DNA of 64,000 bases, taken from assembly GCF_036321535.1 (NCBI RefSeq), contig NC_087452.1, forward strand, positions 41,664,001-41,728,000, read 5' to 3'. The position numbers and the translations under genes were made by a program. The notes under the pieces are model-generated. The model was not told the DNA's origin. It saw only the letters and a list, made by a program, of their open reading frames with translations, and searched no databases. Origin of the DNA: Camelus dromedarius (taxonomy: Eukaryota). This document shows, piece by piece, positions 1 to 12,500 of the stretch. Each line of letters starts with the position of its first letter. The stretch's first letter is position 1.

Positions 1-1114
1 CAGCCTGCCCCGACCTTGCCTAGCAGGTTCCAAGGACTTTCTCGGGGGTGGGTGGGGAGCGGCGCTACTGTTTCCTTTCTCCCCTCCTCCGGCTTATCTC
101 TGAAGGTCCAGCGTCAGTATTGACAAAGGGGCGTAGGTGAGTGGGTGGGGCTGGTGCTAGCTGCCAGCCCTGCCCAGACCCCACCCCCAGGTTCCCTGAG
201 CTCCAGTTCCCACGGCGGTGTCCTGGTGTCCCAGGTCTTATCCAAGTCCCCCTCAGACAGGTGCTTTCCTAGGGACCGGGTCCCTCAGGGGGTGAGCCCT
301 CTGGAGCGCAGACAGGGGTGGGGCTGGGACAGGCCTGCCTGACTCGCCTCCTGGATCCCACTGCCTGGAAACATCCTCTCATGCCCTGGAGGAGAGCAGC
401 CTTGGGCTCCCCTGGGTCACCCCTACCCTTGGCTGCAGGCCGCGGAGGGGCAGTGACAGTCACCAGGGCCTCATGGCCCAAGAGCGACTCCCCCAAGGGC
501 GCCCTGGGAACTGCCAGGGCTGGAGGAGGTGGAGACTGGACAGTTACTGTGCCCGTGGGACCACGTGGAGTGCCTAAACCCAAGGACAGCCCAAAGAACA
601 GCTCTAGGTCCCTGCGAACGAGAAGGTACCGTTGCCTTGTGTGGTCCTGCCCAGCCTGAGCACCCACCCCATCCAGACATATCTGGGGCCAAGATGGTAC
701 CCCCAATGCCGGGACACCAAGCCAGTAGCTGTTATTCACTTGGTGGGGAGATGGGGTGGGATTGCAAGAGTCGGTTCTATTCCTGGCAGCCAATGTGATC
801 CAGTGCTCCAATGTGAGGTGGGGGTAGCTACCCTGCTCCCCACCTCAGCCTAGAAGCAGGGAGCTGTCAGCCAGCTGGGGCTCTTATTGGGACCTCCTCC
901 TCACTCCCGCCTTAGAAAAATCTCCCAGTGTCCGTGTGGGATTTCGCTGTACTTTTATGGGTTTTCTGAATTTTTTGCAATGCACACACATCTGATCTTT
1001 CAGGTGAAGCAATGCATGTCATTTCCCCTAAGCCTTGCCCAGAGTCTCTCTGCTGTATCTCAGTGTCAGGCCTGGAACAGTCTGGGGGGACTTTCTTTTC
1101 CTCCACAGTTAGAG

Positions 1115-1279
1115 CAGGGGTTCTCAGCCCTGGTTGCACCTTTGAGTCATCTGGGGGCACTTAAAAACATGATGCCCACCCTCAGAGTCTCGGGTTTAAA
1201 TGGTCTGGGGTGGACTTGATCTGTATTTGTTAAGAGCCCTCAGGTGATTCTAACGGACAGCCAGCACCGAGAATCTCTG
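1115..1279 (+). mobile_element. MER5A-like hAT-Charlie MITE
   Basis: Imperfect TIRs CAGGGGTTCTC / GAGAATCTCTG; internal similarity to recalled MER5A (ggtctggggtgg, caggtgattct). Confidence 0.75.
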
Positions 1280-2834
1280 AGCTAGGAGTTGGCGCTGTAA
1301 CGGAGCAGGTGGACAATCTAGAGCTCGCATTTCCTCCTCCTGAGGACCCGAGGGTCCAGTGTGTTTTCCTCAGAGATCAGGCTGGTGGCCTTGCCAATTG
1401 GTGGCTCTGGCAGCTTTGATCCACGGGCAGCCCTGGGACAGGAGACGTGTGTCACGCAAGCACCCCAGGTATGCGCACAGTGCCACCAGGCCCCGATGCA
1501 GCCCTTATTCATAAGCTCGACTGATGGTTTGTCTTCCCAGGCAGGCTTCCCCACCCCCCCCGCCCCCAGCTTCCTGCCCAGGTCCTGAATGCTCAAACAA
1601 GAAAACCTCATGAGGTGAAATCTCCGTATGCCCAAGTCCCATGTAAGCGAACTCTTGATGGCCTGTTCCCTTCCCACCTATTCAGAGGACCTGTGTGCAC
1701 TCACCGGGACACCCCAGCTTCAGGGGCACCCTCGATTCTCAACCACTTGTTCGTTTATACACAACCCTGTGAAGTGATCCAGAGGTGGCAGGGGGTGATT
1801 CGAGAGAAGGCAGGGGAGGGAAAGAGGGGACTGGGGAGCAGAGTGAAGGAGAGGAGGAGGGACAGAGAGGAACACAGCCTAGGAATCCTGAACCAGGGAG
1901 GATGCCGAAGTGACCTCTCTGGCTGGCCAGCCGCTCTACTGTGGAGAAGGCATTTAGGGGCACGGCACCAAGTAATGTGGGAGGTTTGGGTTTTGCCTCT
2001 GGGTAAGTACTAGGTTTCCTGGGCTGAAACACACACTGCCCTGTGTTCTTTGGGATGAATACACATGCCTGGCAGAACCCTGTATCCCTGTGACAGACAG
2101 AAGAGACTGCAGAGCACTGGCTCACTGGCCTCAGTTTTGTCATCCACAAAGTGGGGATAAGACCCGTTGGATAGGACTGTTGACCCTGGTGTTTTTTGTT
2201 ATCTGAATTAGGTATTATTATGAAGAAACAGTCCTTAGAGTGGCAAGACTGTGGCCAAGGCTCTGCCAGGACTTCCCAGTGGGGAAGAGGTGGGGAGTGG
2301 GGCAGGTGGAGGGAGGACTTCTGGCCCCTAACACCTTCCCTTACAGAGGCTGGGCTGAGGGCAATATTTGTGGATGTACCACTGTGAGAAGACTGTCTTG
2401 GATAGCCTTCCTCTCCCTCTGGTCCCTTGCCATGCTTCATGTGGTAACCACAGCATCTCAGCCAGCAGACCCAAGGGCTAGGGTTTAGGTGGCACACACA
2501 GTGTGGCTCTGATGGGGCTGGGGGCTGGGGCTTACGGTTTCCTCAGGCTGCACTTGGAAGCCTGTTGGTGGGGCTGGAATCCTTGATGGTGAGTCAGACT
2601 GCTTCTGTCTGGGGAGAAGAAGCCAGGGTCCTAACACTGGGCAGAGCAGTTTCCCAGCTCCCCTTGGGGTCAAGGTCCGTGGCTCCAGAGATCCTGCAGT
2701 CCCGCTCCCATTCGCCCCTGCTCTCCAGAAGCTAGGGCACCGGGAGACACAAAGTGCCGGCGTGAGGCTGTGCAGCTGGGAAAGAACAGAGCATGCAGTG
2801 AGGAGAGATGCCAAGAAGCAGTCCATCCACAAGA

Positions 2835-5800
2835 GAGCGCAGTTTCATGTGTTTATTTTTGGCAGGAAGGAAATCATTGCAAACCTCTTGACTGACAATG
2901 CTCGCTCCTGGAAACTTGCACATTCCACATGTCATATTTCCCAAGTGATGCTGGGTGTTTATCACATTCAGATGTCCAACAGAAATCCATGACTACCCAG
3001 ACACCAGCATCCCCACCACTTGGAAGGGGTATGTGTGTGTGTGTGTTAGTCTACAGAGAAGCTCCCTGGAGAATGGAACAGGAACATCAAATTTATAGTA
3101 AAAGAGGAACAGAGGCAGCCAGCGGATTGTGCACAAGTAAATGCAAGCATTCCAAACCACCCACTCCTCTTGAACCCTGGCATGCCAACTGTCCATCACA
3201 GCACCTTTAACAGCAGAGGCACAAACGTCACGAGTGTTTGACCATAGGGCTGTGTGGTTCTGGATCTAATTAGAAAGCCATCTTTAATATACACGGTTGG
3301 AAAAGGTTGCCAGGTTATCGACTTCACAGATTTCCTTTTTATACCAAAAGTTCCAATGCTGCCACCATGACAAGTCAGTGTCATTAGGGCGTCCTCATGT
3401 CTCCAAAGTCATTTCATCGAAATTGCACCATGTCAAAGGAGCTTCTCCACCAACCATCAGCTCTGACAGGTGGTTTCTTTTTAGTACACAGATGTGTTGT
3501 CTACAGACAGCTAATGGGTGAAACCACGGACCAACGTGTAGGATTCCAGAGCAATGGAAGACAGAGCAGTAACAACGTCAAGTGTGCCTGGGCACCTCTA
3601 CCCAAGGCCCGGCCAGAGATGTCCTAACATCACAGGGGCCGGAGTCCACGACCCATGGTATCCTGTTCCAGATCTTAATGTAAAAAATATTTGTCCGGGA
3701 GACTCTATTTTAACCTGGTACAGAAAGGACCATGGAAACTCAGGAGGTCAGATTCCTCATTTGGCTAAAGAGTTGGGGGGTGTTTTGGTAACATGGGAAG
3801 AATATGGCACAGAGGAATAGCTGATAAGTTTCATTACATTTTAAAGCCCACAATTTAATAAAAGGTAATAATTAAAAACAATACCCGTATTTACCTTAAA
3901 AAACATAAACCCCAAACATTCATCTCATTTCTTGGCCTTAGGTTAGAATTCTATTGCTTCATTTACATGTCAATGATTTAAAAATATATATATATCGATA
4001 TAGATATTTTGATTATGTACAGAAAGCAGAATCAAGGGTTAAAATAAGAAACGGAATTTTAGAGTGTGGTCAAATAAGGTGCACAGAACCCAGAACCCTC
4101 CGAGGGCTTGCTGCCCTCCTGAGACATTCTGTGTCTGTGGTGGCAGGAACCGGGCTCCCTCTCCAACAGCTCTGCACTGGCTCAGAGCTACAGTGCTCAT
4201 GGTCACAGGGGCTATGAGGTGAAGTGTCTGGCTCAAGCCTGCCAAGTGTCTTCACTCCATCAGAAGTGGGGCACTATTCTCAGGTTCAATTCTCCTGGAA
4301 CATTCTAGAATTTCAGTCCTCTCTGCCCCTTATTTCAAATAGGACCCTGGGATGCCAGCAATAAAGGGGGCAGGGGTGAGGATCTAAGGCGCTCATCAGG
4401 ACTGATTTCCGTGTGGATTTCAACACACGACAGACACGTGACGGCGACATTCAAGACATTTAAGGCAGTGGGTTCATTTAATGACTAGTTTTCCAAATCA
4501 AGGTTTATGGCATGTGCAGGCCTGCCACGTAACTGTCATTTTCTGCAGTAATGCCAAGTGAGGGGCTGATTCTATTTTAACTGGCATGTGGATTACTGGG
4601 TTTGGAACACTCTGAACGTGGGGAGACCTGGTTACCCCTGAATACTTACTTCTTTTCTGAATGCACGGCGGTCCGCGGACCAAAGTGCTTTTGGGAAGAC
4701 GTGATTGGCAGCTGGCTTCACTATTTGGTGAATGAAAGCAAAAGAGAAATTTTACTTTGACCCCCAGTTTCCAGTCTTATTAGTGCCAGACGCTCCCACC
4801 AGAACTCCGGCCTGACCCACAGAGGACTAAGGCAATGGTGCCAACGCGAAAGGGTTCTTTTGAAATTATTTTTAAGAGCAATACTTTATAGACTGTCTTA
4901 TTGTCAAACAAGGGACATGGCACTGCTTAAAACATCTCCCTGGAAAAGGTTGCAAAGGAAGCCCCGGCTCAGGGAGGGGGCCCTTTGTCTCCCTGGTTCT
5001 GGGCGCTGAGTCCCACGTCTAGATGCGTTTCCCCAACCCTCGGCTCAGAAATAGGCTGTGCTTCAAAAACGAAGACCAAGAGATGGAAGTGGGCCTCGTC
5101 AGCGTGGTGGCTGGGTGAGGCCAAGAGAGAATGGCCGGCTTATCACGAGATCTGATGCTGACTGCAGTTTAAAATGCACGCTGCACCTGTGAGGTGCACT
5201 GGCCCTTCTGTCTTTGCTCCCTTCTGAACTCCCGAGGCTGCTGCCAGGGAAGGGATACAGTCTGCAGTCTGCAACGGGGTGGGACCCCTACATGTCTGAC
5301 CCTGGCCAGGTCTGCAGCTTAGCAGTGAGCAGATTCTGAGCATAGGCACAGTGGCAAAGAACAGTGTAACAGCCGCTGGTCAATTCCATTTGGTGGTAGC
5401 GCGGTAGCAGCAAAGAAAATTCCCAAACAGCTCCGTGTGTATCCAGCTTTTGGAAAGGAAAGATTTAAAAATCAATAAACAGATTTTTTTTTAAAACTAT
5501 CCAAGGGTTTTAGAGTTTCGTGTAACTGCTCTACCCCCAAACAACAACAAAACAAACAAACAAAAACACAGAAATATGGCAGTAGTGTGAAAGCATAAGT
5601 GACAGGATGTCACTTCTCAAGGGGAAAAATGTCACCTCAGGACAAATCTGTCACCACCAGAAATACTAAGGATCATATAAAAGAATCAAGTGTTTCCTCA
5701 AGTGTTGAGCCACACAATTGCAGATACATTCCAAACTGAAGCACACACTGACAAGTCACAAGACTCCTCCCAGGAGCCTGACCCTGCCGCGTGCCATAGC

Positions 5801-6383
5801 TGGCCAGAGACAGGCTCCTGTGACTGACCCCATCCCCTGCCACCCGCCCCCACCCCCTCCCAGGTTTTAGAAAATTGTCATATTTATCTTCTTAGAGAAT
5901 CTAAGACAATAAAAGACTAAAAGATGTCTGGAAATATGTTGTGTAGAAAAATTAACTTTCAGCTTAAAATAACATTCAAAAAGGCACTTCATCCTGTAGG
6001 AAAGAGATTCTGAGTTGGGTCAGCTCTTCCGAGCTGGGACAGAAGGGGGCAGGTTGTCTGCTTGGAGGGGAGGACTGTTGAAAGGAAGTCTGATAGGTAT
6101 CAAGCTTTTTTTTTTTTCCCCCATTTTTTTTTTTTCCTTTTTGGTATGTTTTAAGAAAAGCAAATCCCACAAAATGCATGTCCCTTTATGAAATTCATTA
6201 AAAGAGTTCCTTTTAAAATAGTTGTCTCTGTTCTTAAAAAATAAACCAGGTAGGTATGGCCACATTCACCCCGTGGCCTGGAGCACGGGGCGTCCTCACT
6301 TTCGGCTCCCGGGGAGCCGAGGCCAGGCAGGTCTCGAGGCTGAGGTTCCAGAGCGCACGGGCGGGAGGCGGCCGGGGCCGGGG
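2835..6383 (-). other. CTDSPL: CTDSPL 3' UTR (about 3.5 kb; 3' end inferred)
   Basis: Runs from the stop codon to the AATAAA at 2852-2857; no interspersed repeat recognised; several miRNA seed matches. Length agrees with the long human UTR as I recall it. Confidence 0.75.
2852..2857 (-). terminator. Probable CTDSPL polyadenylation signal AATAAA
   Basis: Minus strand aaaAATAAAcacatgaaactgcgctctcttgtggatggactgcttcttgg: hexamer followed by U/GU-rich sequence. Confidence 0.7.
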
Positions 6384-6509
6384 CTACCTGCTGCAGAGTC
6401 TGTGCAGCACGCTGTACACGTCGTCCTCCTGGCTCAGGCCCTCGAAGAAGGGGATGAGGTCCAGCAGCTCCGTGTCTGTCATGTCATCGAACCAGGACTG
6501 CACAGGCAC
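6384..6509 (-). CDS. CTDSPL: CTDSPL terminal exon 8, coding part (41 aa + TAG)
   Basis: ctgtcttccag|GTGCCT...AGCAGGTAG = [41 protein letters not shown]. Confidence 0.98.
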   Translation of the reverse strand: MPVQSWFDDMTDTELLDLIPFFEGLSQEDDVYSVLHRLCSR

Positions 6510-9500
6510 CTGGAAGACAGTGTGTGGAGGGGCAGCAGAACTGCATCCAGGGCTGGGGGCTGCATCTAGCCTGACTGCGTTCCCATACTTTTAATATTTT
6601 CTTTGGTAAAGAGGATGGGTATCTGGAAATCACCGTCATCATCATCCTCATCTCGTTTGTTCTTCCACCCCAACTAAAATCAATCCAAATCTACCTGGTT
6701 CGGGAGGTGGTTCAGGAAGGCACACTTAAACGTACCCAGTTTGCGTGCATTTGCCTGTTTTGTTTTCCTGCTGCAGAAAAGGTAGCCAGATACTACTACA
6801 TATAAAATAAATAAACAACACAGTCTTACTGTAGAGGGAAGGGAACTATATTCAATGCCTTGTAATGGCCTACGATGAAAAAGAGTATGAAAAGGAATAT
6901 ATATAGTGTGTGTGTATATAGATAAATAAATAAATACATATATATATAAAATAAATGAATCACTGTGCTGTACACCAGAAATTAACACATTATAAATCGA
7001 CTACATGTCAATTAAAAAAAAAAGAAAGAAAAGGTGGCCAGAATGTAGAATACATAACTAGCTCAGCACCTTGCTAATTCCAAAAAGCTCTTTCCATTAT
7101 ATCAAACTGGCTCCTTGCACCTCAGAGCACTTGGAGCCAGAGGTCATCAGCCAATCATTGACATCAGGGAGCCCATGTGGAGGGCATCAGACGGTTTCCA
7201 CTTGGGGTGACTCTGCCATGCTGCAGAGCAAGGAGAAGTGGACCATTTTCCTCCAATGCTTAACAGTAACCAGTTAGAAGGGGAAGTATAAAATTTCAGG
7301 ATGTTCTGAAGCCATGGGCAAAGGCAGGATTTTCCCTTGGTTTTAGGCAGAGAGGGAGGGAGGGAGGGAGGGAGGGAGGGGTGCTTGTGGGTGGTAGTCA
7401 GGGGTGCAAAGAAGAGATATAAAAAGACATTTGGGGAAGCCAAAAAAGTTTAAAAGTAATATTTTTGACTCTTTTACAAATCTAAAGACCGATTAGAACC
7501 ACAACAATTCATTATGTAATTTAAAAAAATAAAGGATTAACAAAAAAATGATTACTCCTAGGGGAAGGGACGGGAATGGGGGAGAGGGCAGAAATGACAC
7601 AAGACTTCTCTAAATTTATCTTTGTTGACAGTTTTGATGTTGAAACCATGTACATGTGTTACACGATGGAAATAAAATTAAACCATTAAGAAAACAAAGC
7701 AACAAAAAGTGAACCTTAGTGTATATATGATTGGTGACATAATCACACAAAGGATTTCAAGTGATTTGGAAACATGGTGTTCTGTTTGTAGATTTCTCAA
7801 AAAAGCTGTAAATTCATTCAACTGTTTTTATTTTTAGTAATAATATTAAAATAATGCTTTTTGAAACTTAAGCATACATATACTATAGAATGAATCAAAT
7901 ATATAATGAGGTTAATATCTTTAGGAATCAAGAGTTTCAGCATAAGAGACACAAACACAAAAACAAAGAAATTAAATAAAAACTTTTCTAACTGAATTAG
8001 AAAAATCAATATGAATTTATGATTTCATTTTCATTCTAAAAATAAGTGTATTTTAGCTCTGTCTGGTAGAAAGGGCTGGAAACAAAGGATATCCCAGTAA
8101 CAGTGAGAACTCACCCAGACTGTGGTCTCTAAATACCATGTTCACTCATAGGAACCAGGCTTCATGGCTGATTCCAGGGCTGGAGCAAGAAATGGACAAG
8201 ATGAGCCTGAAACATCTTGTTGAAACCAGAAAGCAGGAAGCTATCAAAGACTAATGTTATTTGAAGGGAGTGTCCTTTGGCCAGAGGTGAACATTAGAGC
8301 TTATATAAAGGTAAAAAATGGATTAAATTATAACATTAAAAAATTCATGAGTTCCTAATGGTACATAAAAAAAATTCACCGGTTACTTTTGGAGGTTCCT
8401 AGGCCACCAACTCATCACTCTGAAAATTACAGAATTAAAAAGAACTTACACTTTACTCTGACTTCCTTATTCAAACATTCAAACTAAATTTTAGGGAAAT
8501 CAAGGAGTCACTGAGAGCAAGTTTGATTAAAAAAAAAATAGAATTCCAGCCAAAAAATGCAGAAAGAACGATGGAATTTAGAAATCACCATTTTGCAATT
8601 CCTAGAGAAACAGTGGATGTAGGCAAAGATCATCAACCACTGCTCGCTCACGCTTTTAGGTGAAAGGTCGACGGGGAATTTAAGAATGGATGGAGCAGGC
8701 TCACAATGTCTGAATCCACAGATCAATTTAAAATCTTTAGAAGTGGGAGATTATATGCTTCCTGGTGTGATACCACAGTGAGTTCACAATACCATGCAAC
8801 ATAGGGACCTTGTTTGGATTCTGATGCAAATGTGAGAAAACAGTTCCAGATGATGGGGAACAGATGAACACAGACTACATATTAGATAATATAAAGCAAT
8901 CGTGAGTGTCGTCAGCCATGATACTGAAATTATGATTATGCTAACAAGTAATCCTCCTTATCTGTTATCCTCATTACAAAATGCATCACGTTGAGTTTGA
9001 TGAACTCATTAAAAGGAACACAGTCAAGTAGAATAAATTTTAACATGTTCAAATAATGATCATACACTAATTGGATCTAGTTTGAACTCATTTTTTTTTG
9101 TTGGGGGGAGGTCATCAGGTTTATTTATTTATTTTAAGTATTATTTTTTAAATGGAGGTACTGGGGATTGAACCCAGGACCTCACGCATGCTAAGCGTGT
9201 GGTGTACCGCTGAGCTGTACCCTCCCCACTGAACTCATTTTTTTGTTATAAGTGGAGCAACAGAGTTCTGGCCAAGGAAAGGACCCCGTGTAGGCTTTTG
9301 CTGAGTCTGAGAAGCCTGGGCTTGGGAGAAGCATACTCTTCAGGGCCTGAGCTGAGGCCTGGCGTGGTGGCCACTGCAGACTGGTCGGCAGTCACCGGTG
9401 GGGCTGATCTCTCCTCCCCTGGACATGAAGGGTGGGAGCAGGGAGGGCACCTCTCCTGCTGTGAGTCGTGCACTAGGAGCTGCCACACTCCAGGGAGTTT

Positions 9501-12500
9501 TATGTAAGAAATGTTCCCATTGTCTACTTTTAAGACATCATTATGAGGCAGTAAAGCCTAGCAGTCTTATCTGAAGACATCACTGAAGTGTTTTATTCAT
9601 TGTGAATACTTCTGTTGAAGAGATCACCCAGACCTTTTGAGTCTGCAGGGGACACAAGTCCTGGGCCACAGCCAGGTCTGGGAGGCTGGTGACAGACAGA
9701 ATCTTCTCAGTCACAATTTTAAAGATGCTAAGAGGATACAGGCTCACTGAACACTTAGCCATCGCAAGCACCCTTCTAAGTGTTTTTGGCACATCGTCAC
9801 ATTGAATCCTCAACAATTCTAGATCAGTACGTCTATAATACCCATTTGACAGAGGAGGCAACTGAGGTTCAGTGAGGTTAAATAACTTAGTTTTGCTAAG
9901 GGGCGGAGTTGGGATTTCACCAAGGAAAGGGCCAAGAAAGTCCATGTGGGTGCTTGAAGGGACAAAAGTGGTCCTGCTTGGCAGGAGAGCTCAGGTGGAG
10001 CCTGTGTCCTTTACCTTTGGGGCTACTTACTGCATTCTCAGGATGGAAGATGTACGAGGCAGGAGAATTGTCCACGATGATCACCTTGCTCAGCTCCCGT
10101 CCCAGGCGACTCAGGTCTTTCACGTAGTTCCCACGATGGAAGACACATGATTCTCTGAAGAGCCGGGCCCGGAACACACCCCAGCGGTCCAGCAGGTCAG
10201 CCACAGGGTCTGCATACTGGAAAGCAGGTGTCCCCATGAAGGCTGGGTGCATGGAAGAGCCCAGAAGCCCTGACCTCCTGCAGTAAAATCCACATGACTT
10301 TTCTAAAAAGGGATTTAAATAACTGCAGGTCTTTCAAGATCCTGGTTATTTCTCTGACACCCTGGATTCTTTCGTTTCTCTCACTTCTCATATCTAATCC
10401 ATCAGAGATTCTTGTCAGTTCCATCTCCAAAAATATCTTGAATCTGCCTGCCTGTCCGTGTTTGTATTGTCACTGCCTTTGTCCAGGCCTCTGTCTTCTC
10501 TGGCCTGAGGTGGCCACGTGAGCTTCCTGAGGAACACCCGCCGCCCAGTTCCCCTAGGGCATCCCACTCATTCACCTCCCAGCGGTCAGAGCGGCCACAA
10601 GAAAACACCTGTCTAACCACGTCCCTCCCTGTACTGTCTTCCCGCTACACTTGGAATAAGGCCCACACGCCTCACCCGATCCCGTGTGGCTGCAGTGGTG
10701 ATTTCCTGTCACCTCTCAGCTCCATTTCAAGTCACTGGAGCCACACCGGCTTGGAACGTGGCAGAACCTTTGCATGGATCCCCTCTGCTTGGATCACTCT
10801 CTCTCCAGCTCTTTGCACCAACTTCTCCTTCTGTCTCCTCGTTTTTCAGATCTTGGTTTCCCTTACCACCTACCTAGTCCGCCTCCACCTTCCCTCTTTG
10901 GAGACTCTCTATGGCCTCATGGTCATTGCCTTTTTTTTTTTTTAGCACAGCCATGGAGCAGAGAAACCTTTCCCAGGTATAAAAAGACAGATTCAAAATA
11001 AAAATCATCTTTGTGACAAAAGCGACTTGAAACCAAGTTGTTAAGATAAAAATGGGACAGTAACAGGTACTAACCTGCTGTGTGGTTGGGGTGAGGGGGA
11101 TTCAATGAACCTATGGGTGTCAGGAACTCAGCCCAGGGCCTTGCGTACAACTGGCACTCAATTATGTCTATTCTAACATCCACTGAGCCTCACCTCAACT
11201 TCAACATCAACCTCAGTTGGTCCTCCTCCCCTCCAGGGACTAGGAGCTCACCTCCTGCCTGCCTTCTGCTCTGGGAATACTGCCCAAGTAGCCCCTGTGT
11301 TTTGAGGAGGGAGGGGAACTCGGGGAGCAAGCCTGGACCACCCACATCCTCAAGTCTCATCACCATCTGAGACAACCTCATGTTCTCGTCACCTGTCAGG
11401 ACCTAGGTCTTGCCTGTTGCGTTCCCCATGACACCCCAGCACCTGGCAGGTGCCCACCTCATGGTAGGGGATCAGTAAATTTTAGTTCCATCAGTGAACG
11501 AAGAGGGGACTTGGAATCTGGCTTGTGTGCACAGGACCACACTGCCCCCTAGAGGTGCTCTGGGTGGCCAGGCCGGACCAGCCCCTCATTGCCACAGGAT
11601 GGTACTCAAGATACCACCTCTATTTACTTGGAGCCCAGAAGTTTGATGGGAGAGAGTCTGAGGCCTGCTTAGAGTTGGGATTCATCTTGCTTGGCTCCCT
11701 TCCATTGCCTGGGAAATTTTTCCTCAAAGTAAGCTGAACTGGATAAAAAATTATGCCTGAGGGCAAATCTTCGTAAGTGAAGATGTCTGAATGGCTGGGC
11801 CAAAAGGCAGAAGAGTGGCAGTTCCAAGCCATGTGAGGTCACATGAGGCCATGCCTCAGCACCCAGACCCAAGTGAGGGGCACATCCAGGTGTCCCAAGG
11901 GGCCTAAAGCCTCTGCCAGGGAGGAGGGAGGCACCGGAGGCTGGTGGGGGTGGGAGGCCAGCAGTGGAGCGCACAGCGGCCTGAGTGCAGAGCAAAGGCC
12001 GGCAAGGCTGCAGGATACAGGGCTACAAGCAGCAGCTCTGGGTCCACGGCAAAGTCCTCTCTCCAGACACATCAGATGGAGCAGAGTTCAGGAGCAGCCT
12101 GGATTTCATGCTGACCAACTGGGGTGAGCTCAGGGCACTGCAGTTTTCTGCTGGTGAGTGCTGCCAAGCGCCATGTGGGTGGGTTACAAGGGGCTGTGAC
12201 TCAAGCTGGAAAGGACAGTTAATTTCCTAATCGTCATCAGCACTGCCGGCGGTGGCATACATCCTTCAGGGAATGTCTCAGTCTGGGCCTCAGAGATGAA
12301 CGTGGGGAATGTAAGCTTCACGTGGGCAGAGACTGCCTCTTTTGTCCCCTGTTGTACCCCGGTGCCTAGTACAGTGCCTGACTCACAGTAGGTGTGAAGT
12401 ATGTACTTGCTAGGTGAGTGAATGAATGAAGGAAACCAAGGTGAGGAAGCAGACACTGAAGGGCTCCGACAGTCAGCTGAGAGCTGCTGTGAGCCCCTGG

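Noticed and set aside
1739-2497. Longest ORF in the track (252 aa, minus)
   Set aside because: No recognisable domain or family, non-ATG start, overlaps a MIR-like patch; chance ORF in GC-rich DNA.
3283-4482. ATTAAA variants on the mRNA strand (3283, 3854, 4477) as alternative poly(A) signals
   Set aside because: Common in AT-rich UTR; cannot be supported without 3'-end data.
6222-6594. Plus-strand ORFs over exon 8; likewise 33383-33661, 14122-14427 and 9872-10150
   Set aside because: Antisense shadows of GC3-rich CTDSPL exons.
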